DNA of 64,000 bases from Caldisericota bacterium (GTDB lineage: Bacteria > Caldisericota > Caldisericia > JAAYUI01). The notes beneath the pieces were generated by a model. That model had not been told where the DNA came from, made no database searches, and saw nothing but the letters and a program-made list of their open reading frames with translations. The position numbers and the translations under genes are program-made. Numbering within the stretch: the first letter of the stretch is position 1; each line of letters starts with the position of its first letter. Positions 38,520-49,300 of this stretch are shown one piece after another. The DNA lies in assembly GCA_029548865.1 (NCBI GenBank), contig JAKPMO010000002.1:1-64000 (forward strand). Reading direction: 5' to 3'.

Positions 38520-39058
38520 TTAGCCCCCTCCATTTCGTCAACGATTTCCAGAAGTTTGTCTATATCGATACCCCCTTTCTTTCTGCCGGTTATTTTACCA
38601 TTTTGGTCAACCAGCATGAAGTCCGGTATTGTTGATACACTATATTCCCTTGCCACTGCAGATGTTGGGTCAAGAACCACTGGAACTGTGAGACCCAACG
38701 AACCCAGTATTCCAACAACGGAATTCAGTGTATCAGCTGGATTGATGCATACAGTCAGGATTGGCACCTTATATTCGTCACTAACAGTTTGTATTGTCTG
38801 GATTTCATCGATGCATGAGGAGCATCCGTATTTCCAGAAAACGAGGATAGTTTGCTTTTCTCCAGGGCCAAAAGTTTTTTTGGCACCCCCGACATCGGTC
38901 CAGGTGAATGCAGTGGCGTCACCAAACTTTTCTCCAATTTCCGAAACAACAGGCATTCCAACGGATTCCGGATTTACTGCCGGCAAGGAAGAGGAGCCGC
39001 AAGAAGCAAGAATTATTGCGGTTAGCATCAAGATCGTGATTTTGTGAAAATTTCTCAC
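38516..39058 (-). CDS. TlpA/ResA-like thiol-disulfide oxidoreductase lipoprotein
   Basis: Lipobox LASC; FWKYGCSSCIDE; cis-Pro STIP; LVDQNGKI. Confidence 0.85.
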   Translation of the reverse strand: MRNFHKITILMLTAIILASCGSSSLPAVNPESVGMPVVSEIGEKFGDATAFTWTDVGGAKKTFGPGEKQTILVFWKYGCSSCIDEIQTIQTVSDEYKVPILTVCINPADTLNSVVGILGSLGLTVPVVLDPTSAVAREYSVSTIPDFMLVDQNGKITGRKKGGIDIDKLLEIVDEMEGAK

Positions 39059-39091
39059 TTGTCACCCGCTTTCCTTTGTTTTCAAACTCTT

Positions 39092-39119
39092 ATAGTAAAG
39101 TTTACTGTTAATATGTCGA
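39092..39119 (-). promoter_or_regulatory. Promoter of the TlpA-ABC operon
   Basis: TCGACA-16-TACTAT; contains GACATATTAACA, also found at 53216-53227. Confidence 0.55.
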
Positions 39120-39189
39120 GTAGTTAATTACAAATTTTTCGCAATAACAAGATATATAATAGAAAAAATTGGGAAAGAAAGCTAAATTT

Positions 39190-40473
39190 TCAATCTGCCG
39201 ATTTCTTGAGTGGGACATACGGTTGTTTCGATAGCTGTGCGACTTCCTTCATGGCCATTTCGGTAAGCTCTTCGTAGTACTCTTTTGACGATTTGCATGC
39301 CTTGTCAATGACTATGGGTTTGCCAACATTTACGATCACTTTTCCTCGTTTGAAACACTTTGAACCATAAGGCATTACCTTGTATGCACCTATAACGCCT
39401 ATAGGCAGTATCTTTGCTTCGAATTTGTATGCGAACTGGACTGCGCCGGTCTGGTAGTTTCCCTGGAGTTTGCCATCCTTGGAACGAGTTCCCTCTGGAT
39501 AAATGCAGAAAAGCCCACCATTTGACAGTGTATCGCTTACCGCCCTCACCGTATCTTTTGAGGTCTGACCCCTCCGGACCGGAACGACCCCATAAGCTCT
39601 GAGACATGTTCTGAGAACTGGTACCCTCAGTATCTCTTCTTTGGCCAGATAAACGCCCATCCTCGTCAGTGACAGCCCAACAAAAAGTACGTCCAGCGCT
39701 GATGTGTGATTGGCAATGGCTACAATCGGGCCTTTCTGTGGGATGTTGCCCCTTCCGTGTATCTCTATGTTAAAAAGTTTGCGTGAAAGGAACCATATGA
39801 CGGAGTATGAGAACCTCCACCATCTTGTTATCCTGGTTTTTTTAATGTTTTGCCTTGCTTGCTTGACGATGAGATTCGTCACCTGGGTGATGTTCATTTT
39901 TGTGCTGTCAACGATTATGGCATCACTGGCAGGGACGAGTGGTGCTATATCCCTTTCGGAGTCTCTTTTGTCCCTTTTTTTTAGTGCTTCGAGAATTTCT
40001 TCGTAAGTTGACTTGCCTGGGTTCTCGGCGTGCCTTCGTCTTGCCCTCTCTTCAATTGATGCGTCAAGATAAACCTTGAGGGTTGCGTCGGGGAGCACCA
40101 CCGTGCCAATGTCTCTTCCTGTGACTATTATCGGATATTCCGTGACAAGCTCCCTTACCATTGTGTTGACCCATTCGCGAAGCCTTGGGTCAAGCGACAT
40201 CTTTGAGGCCAGTTCTCCTATTTCAACCGAGCCAAGTTTGTCAGTGGCGTCCTCTCCATTTACAATGAACCTGTCGTCCTCAAGCTTAAGATTTATTTCA
40301 GGGAGTATGTCGGGGAGCCCCTTGCCAAGTTTTGTGGATGCGTATGCGGCAATCCTGTAGAGCCTTCCAGAGTCAAGAAATTTGATGCCCAGTTTTTTTG
40401 CAACCAGTGCACCAACAGTTGTTTTTCCGGAAGCGGCCGGCCCGTCGATTGCAATTACCGGGTGTTGTATCAT
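39190..40473 (-). CDS. cmk: Cytidylate kinase fused to 1-acyl-sn-glycerol-3-phosphate acyltransferase
   Basis: IDGPAASGKT, GRDIGTVV, RDKRD; C-terminal NHTSALD and PEGTRS. Confidence 0.92.
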   Translation of the reverse strand: MIQHPVIAIDGPAASGKTTVGALVAKKLGIKFLDSGRLYRIAAYASTKLGKGLPDILPEINLKLEDDRFIVNGEDATDKLGSVEIGELASKMSLDPRLREWVNTMVRELVTEYPIIVTGRDIGTVVLPDATLKVYLDASIEERARRRHAENPGKSTYEEILEALKKRDKRDSERDIAPLVPASDAIIVDSTKMNITQVTNLIVKQARQNIKKTRITRWWRFSYSVIWFLSRKLFNIEIHGRGNIPQKGPIVAIANHTSALDVLFVGLSLTRMGVYLAKEEILRVPVLRTCLRAYGVVPVRRGQTSKDTVRAVSDTLSNGGLFCIYPEGTRSKDGKLQGNYQTGAVQFAYKFEAKILPIGVIGAYKVMPYGSKCFKRGKVIVNVGKPIVIDKACKSSKEYYEELTEMAMKEVAQLSKQPYVPLKKSAD

Positions 40474-41405
40474 CTAGATACTATTGTGCCGGCATCGCCT
40501 TTTAATGCAAGTGTTATATGGGCGGGGTCAGTGATGACTGCCTGCTGGCCGCCGTTCTCCAGGAAGTGTATTGAGGCCTCAATTTTTGGTCCCATAGAGC
40601 CCTTTGCGAAATGGCCCTCCTCGGAGTATTTTTTTGCTTCTTCAAGTGTCAGCCTGTCAAGTTGGACCTGGTTTGGTTTGCCGTAATTAAGGCACACTTT
40701 CGGGACAGCTGTTGAAACTAGCAGTTTTGATGCTTTTACTTCAAGGGCAAGCACAGCAGAGGCCCTGTCTTTATCGATTACTGCCTCGATCCCGGACAGT
40801 CCTTCTGGCCCTTTTACTACCGGTATCCCACCGCCTCCACATGCTATGACAACAACTCCTGAATCAACGAGGTCTTTGATGGTGTCTTTTTCAACGATTG
40901 ATTGCGGCCATGGCGATGCAACAACTCTTCTCCAGCCCCTTCCGGAGTCCTCGACAACATTCCATCCAAGTGTCAAAGCCCTTTCTTTGGCCGTTTTTTC
41001 GTCCATGAAGCTGCCTATTGGCTTTGTGGGGTTTTTGAAGCCCTTGTCCGACGAGGAAACTTCAACCTGGGTGACCACGGTTATGACGTTTTTCTTGATC
41101 CCTCTTTTGGACAGTTCTTCAGTGAGGGCCTGCTGGAGCTGGTATCCTATACCGCCCTGTGTTTCTGCGACGGCATAGTCCAACGTGGTCTCCGGGACTT
41201 CGTGTGAGGCAAGCTCGGACCTTCTCATAACCTGACCAACCTGCGGGCCGTTCCCGTGCGAGACTATGATACCGTATCCGGCACTGACCGCTGCTGCTAT
41301 ATGAAACGCTGTTTCCCATACTGCCGCCCTCTGGTTTTGGACGGTCTGGGTCATGCCCGGCAACAGCAAAGAGTTTCCACCAACTGCAATGACTATTCTT
41401 TCCAT
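40470..41405 (-). CDS. arcC: Carbamate kinase
   Basis: IAVGGNSL, HGNGPQVG, PTKPIG, RRVVASP, GGGGIPV, AVIDKD, GSMGPK; true start ATG 41405. Confidence 0.95.
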   Translation of the reverse strand: MERIVIAVGGNSLLLPGMTQTVQNQRAAVWETAFHIAAAVSAGYGIIVSHGNGPQVGQVMRRSELASHEVPETTLDYAVAETQGGIGYQLQQALTEELSKRGIKKNVITVVTQVEVSSSDKGFKNPTKPIGSFMDEKTAKERALTLGWNVVEDSGRGWRRVVASPWPQSIVEKDTIKDLVDSGVVVIACGGGGIPVVKGPEGLSGIEAVIDKDRASAVLALEVKASKLLVSTAVPKVCLNYGKPNQVQLDRLTLEEAKKYSEEGHFAKGSMGPKIEASIHFLENGGQQAVITDPAHITLALKGDAGTIVSR

Positions 41406-41523
41406 AATTGACAGAAAGAATATCATACCGTGAATTGTTAAGTTCTCAAGGTGAGAAGTAAATACACATTTCTTGAATAAAGCGGACCCGAGGTTAAAAT
41501 ATCGTTCGAAAGGAAGGCAATTG

Positions 41524-42405
41524 ATGGACAAGGAATTATTTTTGGTGAAGAAGGGCTTGGCTGACATGCTAAAGGGTGGTGTAATAATGGACGTTGTGAC
41601 CCCTGAGCATGCAAAAATAGCCGAAGAGGCCGGTGCTGTGGCCGTTATGGCCCTTGAGCGCGTACCTGCAGATATCAGAGCAAAGGGTGGCGTGGCCAGA
41701 ATGTCTGATCCACAAATGGTTTCTGAAATCATGAAAGCGGTTTCTGTTCCAGTCATGGCGAAGTGCAGGATTGGCCACACCATAGAGGCCCAGGTTTTGC
41801 AGTCCATTGGTGTTGATTACATAGACGAGAGTGAAGTTCTAACGCCGGCTGACGAGGAGTTTCATGTCGACAAGTGGGCATTCAGGGTGCCATTTGTTTG
41901 TGGCTGCCGCAATCTTGGTGAGGCCCTTCGCAGGATTGGTGAGGGTGCCGCCATGATAAGGACAAAGGGTGAAGCTGGAACTGGCAATGTTGTTGAAGCC
42001 GTTCGCCACCAGAGGGCTGTCCAGAGGGAAATCAGAAGAGTCGTCATGGCCCCCGATGAAGAACTTGCCACAATAGCAAAAGAGCTTGGCGCTCCACTCG
42101 AACTGGTAAAGATGGTCAAGGAAGCTGGGAGATTGCCGGTTGTTAACTTTGCTGCAGGCGGTGTTGCAACTCCTGCCGATGCAGCGTTGATGATGCACCT
42201 TGGCTCTGACGGAGTTTTTGTCGGTTCTGGCATCTTCAAATCAGGAAATCCAGCTAAGAGGGCAAAGGCCATTGTTGATGCGGTTGCCCACTGGCAGGAG
42301 CCGGAAGTCATCGCAGAAGTGTCAAAGGACCTCGGCGAAGCCATGGTCGGAATCAATATTGACGTTTTGGACGATAAAGAAAAACTTGCCAGGAGGGGCT
42401 GGTGA
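41524..42405 (+). CDS. pdxS: Pyridoxal 5'-phosphate synthase lyase subunit
   Basis: [42 protein letters not shown]. Confidence 0.97.
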   Translation: MDKELFLVKKGLADMLKGGVIMDVVTPEHAKIAEEAGAVAVMALERVPADIRAKGGVARMSDPQMVSEIMKAVSVPVMAKCRIGHTIEAQVLQSIGVDYIDESEVLTPADEEFHVDKWAFRVPFVCGCRNLGEALRRIGEGAAMIRTKGEAGTGNVVEAVRHQRAVQREIRRVVMAPDEELATIAKELGAPLELVKMVKEAGRLPVVNFAAGGVATPADAALMMHLGSDGVFVGSGIFKSGNPAKRAKAIVDAVAHWQEPEVIAEVSKDLGEAMVGINIDVLDDKEKLARRGW

Positions 42406-42974
42406 AGATAGGCATCTTCGCCCTCCAGGGTGATGTTGCCGAACACATAAAGGCAATAGAAGCTTCTGGTTGCACACCTGTTCAGGTGAGGAACCCACAG
42501 GACCTGGACAATCTGTCAGGGCTTGTTCTCCCTGGTGGCGAATCGACAACCTTCTGGAAGCTCTCAAACAGGATCGGACTCGACAAAAAAATAATCTCTC
42601 TTGCAAAAGAGGGATTTCCAATATTTGGGACATGTGCTGGGCTTATAATGATGTCGCACGACATTGAAGGCTACCCAAATCAGCCAACATGGGATATAAT
42701 GGACATAACAGTCAGGCGCAATGCGTATGGGCGCCAGCTTGAATCGCACGTCGAAACGATACACGCCAAGGACATTGGTGATGTGTCGGTCGCGTTTATT
42801 AGGGCCCCTTTCATCACAAGGGTCGGTGAAAAAGTGGAAGTGCTCTCCTGCGACAAGGAAGGCAATATCATTTTCGTGAGGCAAGGCAATTTTCTTGGTG
42901 CCGCCTTTCACCCAGAGATGACAGGTGATATAAAAATCCATAATTTTTTTTGCGATATCGCAAGGAGGGTTTGA
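42402..42974 (+). CDS. pdxT: PLP synthase glutaminase subunit
   Basis: ALQGD, PGGEST, GTCAG, RNAYGRQ, FHPE. Confidence 0.97.
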   Translation: MKIGIFALQGDVAEHIKAIEASGCTPVQVRNPQDLDNLSGLVLPGGESTTFWKLSNRIGLDKKIISLAKEGFPIFGTCAGLIMMSHDIEGYPNQPTWDIMDITVRRNAYGRQLESHVETIHAKDIGDVSVAFIRAPFITRVGEKVEVLSCDKEGNIIFVRQGNFLGAAFHPEMTGDIKIHNFFCDIARRV

Positions 42975-43729
42975 TGTCAGGACACAGCAAATGGCATAAT
43001 ATTCAAGGTAAGAAATCAGTGACCGATGCCAAGAGAGGCAAGCTTTTCACCAAAATTGCCAAGGAAATCATTGTTGCAGCAAAAAGGGGTGGAAATCCCG
43101 ATCACAACCCAAGCTTGAGGTCTGCCCTGGACAAGGCGTCTGAAGCTGGAATGCCGAAAGACAACATAAAGAGGGCCATTCAGCGTGGGACCGGAGAAAT
43201 TGAAGGGGCAACCTACGAAGAAGCACTTTATGAAGGATACGGGCCGGCAGGCACTGCCGTTATCGTTGAGGCCTCTACAGACAGCAAAAACCGCACAATC
43301 TCCGAACTGAAAAAAATCTTCAGCAAGCATGGCGGATCACTCGGCGAGCAGGGTTGTGTTGCATGGAACTTCGAACGCGAGGGTGAGATCATTGTAGAAG
43401 GTGGTGGAAAGTCACTCGATGACGTCCTCATGGAAGCGGCCGATGCTGGTGCAAGTGATGTTGAAGCAGATGGCGAGACTTTCATTGTAACAACTCCACC
43501 CGATGTGATGCACCAGGTGGCCGAGACCCTCAGAAAGGCCGGCTACAAGGTCAAGGGAACCAATCTTGTCTACAATGCCAAGAGCACTGTAAAGGTCACG
43601 GGGCAGGACGCAGTCAAAGTCCTCAAACTCCAGAACGACCTTGAGGACCATGATGATGTCAACAACGTCTATTCCAACTTTGAGATGGACGAGTCAGAGA
43701 TGGAGAAGATAGCAAGCGAGCTTGAATGA
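42974..43729 (+). CDS. yebC: YebC/PmpR family protein
   Basis: MSGHSKW, YEGYGP, DDV..VYSN. Confidence 0.95.
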   Translation: MSGHSKWHNIQGKKSVTDAKRGKLFTKIAKEIIVAAKRGGNPDHNPSLRSALDKASEAGMPKDNIKRAIQRGTGEIEGATYEEALYEGYGPAGTAVIVEASTDSKNRTISELKKIFSKHGGSLGEQGCVAWNFEREGEIIVEGGGKSLDDVLMEAADAGASDVEADGETFIVTTPPDVMHQVAETLRKAGYKVKGTNLVYNAKSTVKVTGQDAVKVLKLQNDLEDHDDVNNVYSNFEMDESEMEKIASELE

Positions 43730-44196
43730 AAATAATGGCCGTTGACCCAGGGCTGGCCCGCATTGGATGGGCCATCCTGGAGTCGGATGGCGATTCGTTT
43801 TCGCTTGTCGAATGTGGATTGTTGCAGACCCCAAAGGAAGACAATCTTCCAAAGAGGCTCTCCGAAATACATTCAAAAGTAACCGAACTCATTTCAGGAC
43901 ACAAAGTAAGCTCTTTTGCAGTAGAAGAATTATTTTTTTCAAAAAACGTCAAGACAGCAATCGATGTAGCACAGGCAAGGGGTGTCATAATAATGTCGGC
44001 CCAGTTGATGGGTCTGCCTGTCTACGAATACACACCAAATCAAGTCAAGCAGGCCGTAACTTCATCAGGTAGCGCAGACAAACTCCAGGTTGGGAAAATG
44101 GTGCAAATGCTTTTGAGGCTTCCCAAAATACCCTCGCCAGATGATGTTGCAGATGCCTGTGCGCTTGGACTTTGCCATCTCTTTTCGCTGAGGTAA
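43726..44196 (+). CDS. ruvC: Holliday junction resolvase
   Basis: AVDPG, VEELFF, QARGV, EYTPNQVK, DDVADA. Confidence 0.95.
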   Translation: MKIMAVDPGLARIGWAILESDGDSFSLVECGLLQTPKEDNLPKRLSEIHSKVTELISGHKVSSFAVEELFFSKNVKTAIDVAQARGVIIMSAQLMGLPVYEYTPNQVKQAVTSSGSADKLQVGKMVQMLLRLPKIPSPDDVADACALGLCHLFSLR

Positions 44197-44198
44197 AA

Positions 44199-44774
44199 AT
44201 GATAAATCATTTGGATGGAACAGTAGAAGACTTTGATGACGAAATTGTTGCCCTGAATGTGAATGGCATTGGATTTGAGGTGCTTATCGGGAGAATATCA
44301 GGGATTGCTGTTGGTAAAAACCTGAGATTGTATACTGTCTGGCGTTTTAACAGCGAAGATGGATACACAATTTTTGGTTTTGAGACGCCACAGGAATCAA
44401 AGCTCTTCAAGACAATAACAAGCAAGGTTTCAGGAGTTGGGGGGAAAACAGCGCTATCTCTTTTGAAAACGCTAACACCTGGCCAGATAGCCGATGCTGT
44501 CATACATGAAAAGGCCCATGTTTTCAGGGCTGTTTCTGGCATTGGCCCAAAGATGTCCGAGAGGATAGTCCTGGAATTGAGGGATGTCATGGCCGGAATG
44601 CCAGTACAACCAGGCTCTGTTGGCAAATCGGATGAGATTGATGAAGCCAGGGCGGCATTGCGTGCACTTGGCTTCTCGATAGGCGAGATAGAAAAAGCGC
44701 TAGACGGCATAAAGGGCAAGGGTGCGTCCTCCGAGGAGATAATAAAGCACGCCCTCTCAAGGCTATCAAAATGA
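44199..44774 (+). CDS. ruvA: Holliday junction branch migration protein
   Basis: NGIGFEV, VSGVGGKTA, VSGIGPKMSERIVLEL, ALRALGF. Confidence 0.93.
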   Translation: MINHLDGTVEDFDDEIVALNVNGIGFEVLIGRISGIAVGKNLRLYTVWRFNSEDGYTIFGFETPQESKLFKTITSKVSGVGGKTALSLLKTLTPGQIADAVIHEKAHVFRAVSGIGPKMSERIVLELRDVMAGMPVQPGSVGKSDEIDEARAALRALGFSIGEIEKALDGIKGKGASSEEIIKHALSRLSK

Positions 44775-46354
44775 GTTTCAGGGACAAAATTGCTGGGAGG
44801 GAGCCGGTTGACCTGCTGGTCGTGAATGCCAGGATAATAAATCCATCTCTTGGGCAGATTGTTGATGACCATGTTGCGGTTGCCGATGGAAAATTTGCCG
44901 GTTTTGGCCAGAAAAAATCTGTCAAAGTTTTTGATGCTGGTGGTGCCTATATTATCCCAGGTTTTATCGACCCGCACACTCACCCGGAAACCCCAGTTTC
45001 CCATCCTCTCAGGTCGTTTGCCTCAATGCTTCGCAGGGGCGTCACAACAGCAGTCTTTAATCCCTCAAATACCGCCAACGCAACGGGCCTTGCCGGTGTC
45101 AGGTACCTCGACCAGACGACCCGTGATTTTGAGAAAAATATCCTTTTCTATGCCCCGTCAAGCGTCCCGCCATACAAATTTGAAGATTATGGAGTGGACC
45201 TTTCTTATCTTGATCTGGCGTGTTTTGCTGCAGAACCCAAGTTTGTTGGTCTTTCAGAAATAATTGATCCAAACGGCGACGGCATGGACATGAAGATAAA
45301 GCTGTTCCGAAACAAGGTTGTGGATGGTCATGCAAGAGGTCTTGGTGGGCGAGCGCTTGAAGAGTATTTTTCAGCAGGGGCATCCTGCGACCATGAATGC
45401 AAAACACCAGAGGAAGCGGAAGAGAGACTTGCGATGGGTGTGAGGATAATGGCAAGGGAGGGCAGTTTCGACAGGGACTTGATTTCTGTGCTAAAGGCCT
45501 GCAATAGTGAAAACCAGCATTTTTTCAGTTTTTGCACTGACCACATCAAGCCATCAACGCTGCTTGAAGAGGGTTCGATAGACAATTGCATCAGGAAAGC
45601 TGTCCAAAGCGGTGTTCCGCTGGTCAGGGCAGTCCAGATGGCAACCATAAACACGGCCTCAGCTCTGAAAATGACCGACAGAGGTAGTTTTGCCATCGGC
45701 AAAAGGGCCGATTTTGTATTGATTGCTCCTAAGATGTTGAACGTGGTTTCAACATTCCTCTCTGGTGAGCAGGTATCTGGCGAACTTCTTGACTATCTTG
45801 AGACTTGCGATCTGGGCAGGCGTCCGCTGAATGCAGACTTGGACTTCGATATTGATGATATGGATTTCCGAAACAGCAAGATTGTTGATGTCGGAGACGG
45901 TGCAACTGGCGGATATTCCAGCGAACCAGTTTTTGCGTGTGTAATCAATGTGCGCTCCGGCCAAAAGAATGTCTCATTTTGCAGGCTAGCAGGATTTGGG
46001 AGGGTCAGTGGCGCTTTTGCCACGACAACCCCGATCCACTCGCACAACATTTTTGTTTTGGGCAGTTCGGCAGGATTGATGAAAAAGGCTGTCAGTATGA
46101 TTGCTGGTGATGGTGGGGTGGCTGTTTGCGGTGAGGATTTTTGCGAGTTTCTGCAGTTGCCGATCTTTGGCATATACTCTGACCTACCTATTGCCAGAGT
46201 GTCGGAGGGGATGGACAAAATACAGAAGGCCATTGAAGGAATAGGCATTCATGAAGACATGTTCGGTTTTGTGAGGAGACTCACGCAGCCGGGTTTTGGA
46301 ACCTGCCTTACTTCAAAGGGTGTATTTGTTTGTGAGGACCTAAAACAAAAATAA
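44771..46354 (+). CDS. Adenine deaminase-like amidohydrolase (divergent active site)
   Basis: PGFIDPHTH, DGHA, DHEC, REGS, MATINTA, GKRADF; C-terminal Ade domain. Confidence 0.75.
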   Translation: MSFRDKIAGREPVDLLVVNARIINPSLGQIVDDHVAVADGKFAGFGQKKSVKVFDAGGAYIIPGFIDPHTHPETPVSHPLRSFASMLRRGVTTAVFNPSNTANATGLAGVRYLDQTTRDFEKNILFYAPSSVPPYKFEDYGVDLSYLDLACFAAEPKFVGLSEIIDPNGDGMDMKIKLFRNKVVDGHARGLGGRALEEYFSAGASCDHECKTPEEAEERLAMGVRIMAREGSFDRDLISVLKACNSENQHFFSFCTDHIKPSTLLEEGSIDNCIRKAVQSGVPLVRAVQMATINTASALKMTDRGSFAIGKRADFVLIAPKMLNVVSTFLSGEQVSGELLDYLETCDLGRRPLNADLDFDIDDMDFRNSKIVDVGDGATGGYSSEPVFACVINVRSGQKNVSFCRLAGFGRVSGAFATTTPIHSHNIFVLGSSAGLMKKAVSMIAGDGGVAVCGEDFCEFLQLPIFGIYSDLPIARVSEGMDKIQKAIEGIGIHEDMFGFVRRLTQPGFGTCLTSKGVFVCEDLKQK

Positions 46355-49300
46355 TGAAAAAAATATCTATTGCTCTAGTTTTTGTTTTTTTGATCTCGGT
46401 TTTTCTTCCAACATGGCCGAGATTTTCAATCGCCCAGCAACCCTCCCAGGTTGTCGAAAGGCTGCTGATGTTTGACCAGCCCGATGCAAGAAATCTGGCA
46501 GAGTTGAAAACAGAGACTTCACTGGCGCAATCTGGCGCAATATCCGAACTGGAGGCCCTCTCCTCATCGGGCGAGGTGCTCTCCTATAGATCATTCTGGA
46601 TACAGAACTGCATTCTTGTCACAGGCACCCAGAAGGCCTTTTCGCGCCTCGAGAGCCTTGGCTCTGTGAGGGCTGTTTTGCCCAACACAAAAATTTACCT
46701 GCCCCATGCCAGGCGATCGAAGGCAGAAACTGACTTAGAGTGGAACCTCAAGGCAACGCATGTGCCAGAGGCATGGGCCATGTCGGCAAAAGGTGATGGC
46801 GTGCTCGTCGGTGTTCTGGACAGTGGTTGTGATTCCACCCATCCGGAGCTTGCCGGAAAAGTCCAGAGTTTTGCTTCTTTTGACAGCTATGGCAGGAAGA
46901 CTGGCCAAACTATTGCAAGCGACAGTGATGGCCATGGAACAAGCGTCTGCTCGGTCGTTTGTGGCGAAACACTTGGTGTTGCTCCAAAGGCAAAATTGAT
47001 TGTAGGTTCTGTCATTCCTGATGGCTCGGGAAACATTTCCCAGATTTTGGGTGGGTTGCAGTGGATAACTGATCCTGATGATGATCCTTCAACCGATGAT
47101 TACCCGAGGGTTGTCAACATGTCGTTTGGCGCTTCCGGGACGATGGACTACCTGAAAACTGCAATAAAAAACCTCAGAAAATTTGGAATATTGCCCATTG
47201 CCTCGATAGGCAATGACGGCGAAGGTTCATCGAGCAATCCTGGCAACATGCCTGAGGTCCTCTCCGTTGGCTCCGTGGACTATGGACTCAAAGCGTCTGG
47301 TTTCTCCGGTGGCGCCGAGGTGGTGTGGGAGAATGAAGATGATTCACTGACACTTGTCAAACCTGATTTATGTGCACCTGGAGAAAACATCAGGGTGGCC
47401 ACCCCAAGAAGGACCTATGATGTTGCTGATGGTACCAGTTTTTCTTCCCCGCATGTCGCCGGCATCTGCGCGCTTTTGCTTGAAAAGAGGCCCGATATAT
47501 CTCCTGAGGACCTGACCTATCTCCTCTCAAAGACTGTTGTCGACCTTGGTAGGCCAGGCAGGGACAGGCGCTATGGCGAGGGCCTTGTCGATGCAAGGGA
47601 CAGCCTTTCACTTGCCCTGTCAATGGAGCCAAAAACTGTTTCTGTGACGTGGCCCACCGGTTCTGCCCTCTGGGGAGACATAAATGTCACCTCTGGTGAC
47701 CGTTCGTATGTGGTTTCAAGGGAACAGGCGAAATCGTTTACTTTTCTCTCCAGATCAGGCGAGGAGACAAAGATAGGGGCTTTTGGTTTTGAATCCTCAA
47801 CGATTGCAGGCAGTTCCGTTGAATTGAAGCCGCTTCCGGAGCATTCGCTTGACCTAACGGTGCATGAGGAGGGTACCCAGAACAATCTTGACAGCAAAGT
47901 CACACTGAAAGATTCGCCGTTACCGACATTTGAGGCTCCTGATGGAACACTAAAGCTTGCTTTGCCGGAAGGCGAGCATGAATTTGTCGCGACTTCTTTT
48001 GGTCACGCATCGAGAAATTTCAAAATAAACCTTTCGTCTGATTTGTCTGCATCCATGCCCCTCGAAAAGGCAAAGATAGCTTTTATCGACACAAGAAAGC
48101 CAGTCTGGGGGATAAGCCCGGAACCGATTAGGGGTAAACTCAAACCGGCCCTTGATTCAACAGGACTGCCCTATTTTATATGGTCAACCCTTCAAGGTAA
48201 TGTGACAGCCAAGCAACTTGGTGCTTTCCAGTATGTGGTCTGGAATTCTGGAGGTTCACTCTCGGCCAAGGATGTTGGTATTCTTGGCGGATACATGGAC
48301 ATGGGGGGCAAGCTTGTTCTGACCTCCGATTTTTATGGCGCATCCTTCATCGGCCAGACCGATTCCACGGTTTTTCTGGACTCATATTTTGCCTGCAGAC
48401 CAAGCGATGAGGGTGGAGCGGCATTGACCCACTGGGACGGAAGAACCTACAAGAGTCTTGCACTTGGCAACCCAAGCGCCTATTTTTCCACTTCAAACCT
48501 TGTACCAATGTCCGAAAAGGCGAAAATCCTGCTTTCTTATGCTGGCACAAGCCCCAAAAAGTATGCAGGGTTGAAAGTTTCAACCCTCAAAAACCAGGGC
48601 GTAATCCTTGGGTTTACGTTCCCAAATGTGGCCTCGGAAGAAGACAGGGGTTGGCTTTTAAAGCTTTGCATCGAGAGTTTTGAAGACACATTGCCATGGA
48701 AGGCCGACATAAAAACTGGTGATGGCAAACTGCCTTCCGGAAACATAGCAATTGGCGGGGAAACCATAGGTTTTACCAGTGGCAGTATTTTTGTGCCGCA
48801 CCTTCCTCTTGTGGCAACAAAGATTGAAATCTCGAGTTTTGGCTATAAAAAGGTCACCCTGGATGACAGGCCTGAAAAACTTCCTTCACAAATAATGCTT
48901 GAATCTGCACCTCTGTCTGGAGTTTCTTTTGACTCCAGCTCTGATGGGTACCTCATTTTCAATGACAAGAATGTGGAGCCCATTAAGTTCCCAGCAAAGG
49001 GTGAAGTCAGATTGCCCGAAGGTAAATATAAGGTTGTGGCTGTATCGAGGGGAAGGGAGCCTGTGGAAATTGATATCACTGCCCCAGGCAGGATTGCTCT
49101 TAATATGAGGCAGTCACAGAAGGCAGCAGTGGTTTTTGAGGAAGCTGATGACATAAAGCTTACGCTGAGTGAAATTGGAATACCCTACAAGACCATCCAG
49201 CAGCCAACCGCCGCAGACATTGTGTCCTCCGGACTTGTTGTCTGGAACCATCCAGAGAAAATCTCAAGCTCTCAGACGGAGATGATAGGCAATGTGAAAA

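Noticed and set aside
34626..39058. Selenoproteins, or a canonical Ccm system, in the Cys-rich operon
   Set aside because: The motif positions are Cys codons in uninterrupted ORFs; the permeases are MacB-type and there is no WWD-domain CcmC/CcmF/CcsA gene in the window
41406..41807. 134-aa N-terminal extension of carbamate kinase in the ORF track
   Set aside because: It is largely the antisense frame of pdxS; carbamate kinase homology begins at MERIVIAVGGN (41405)
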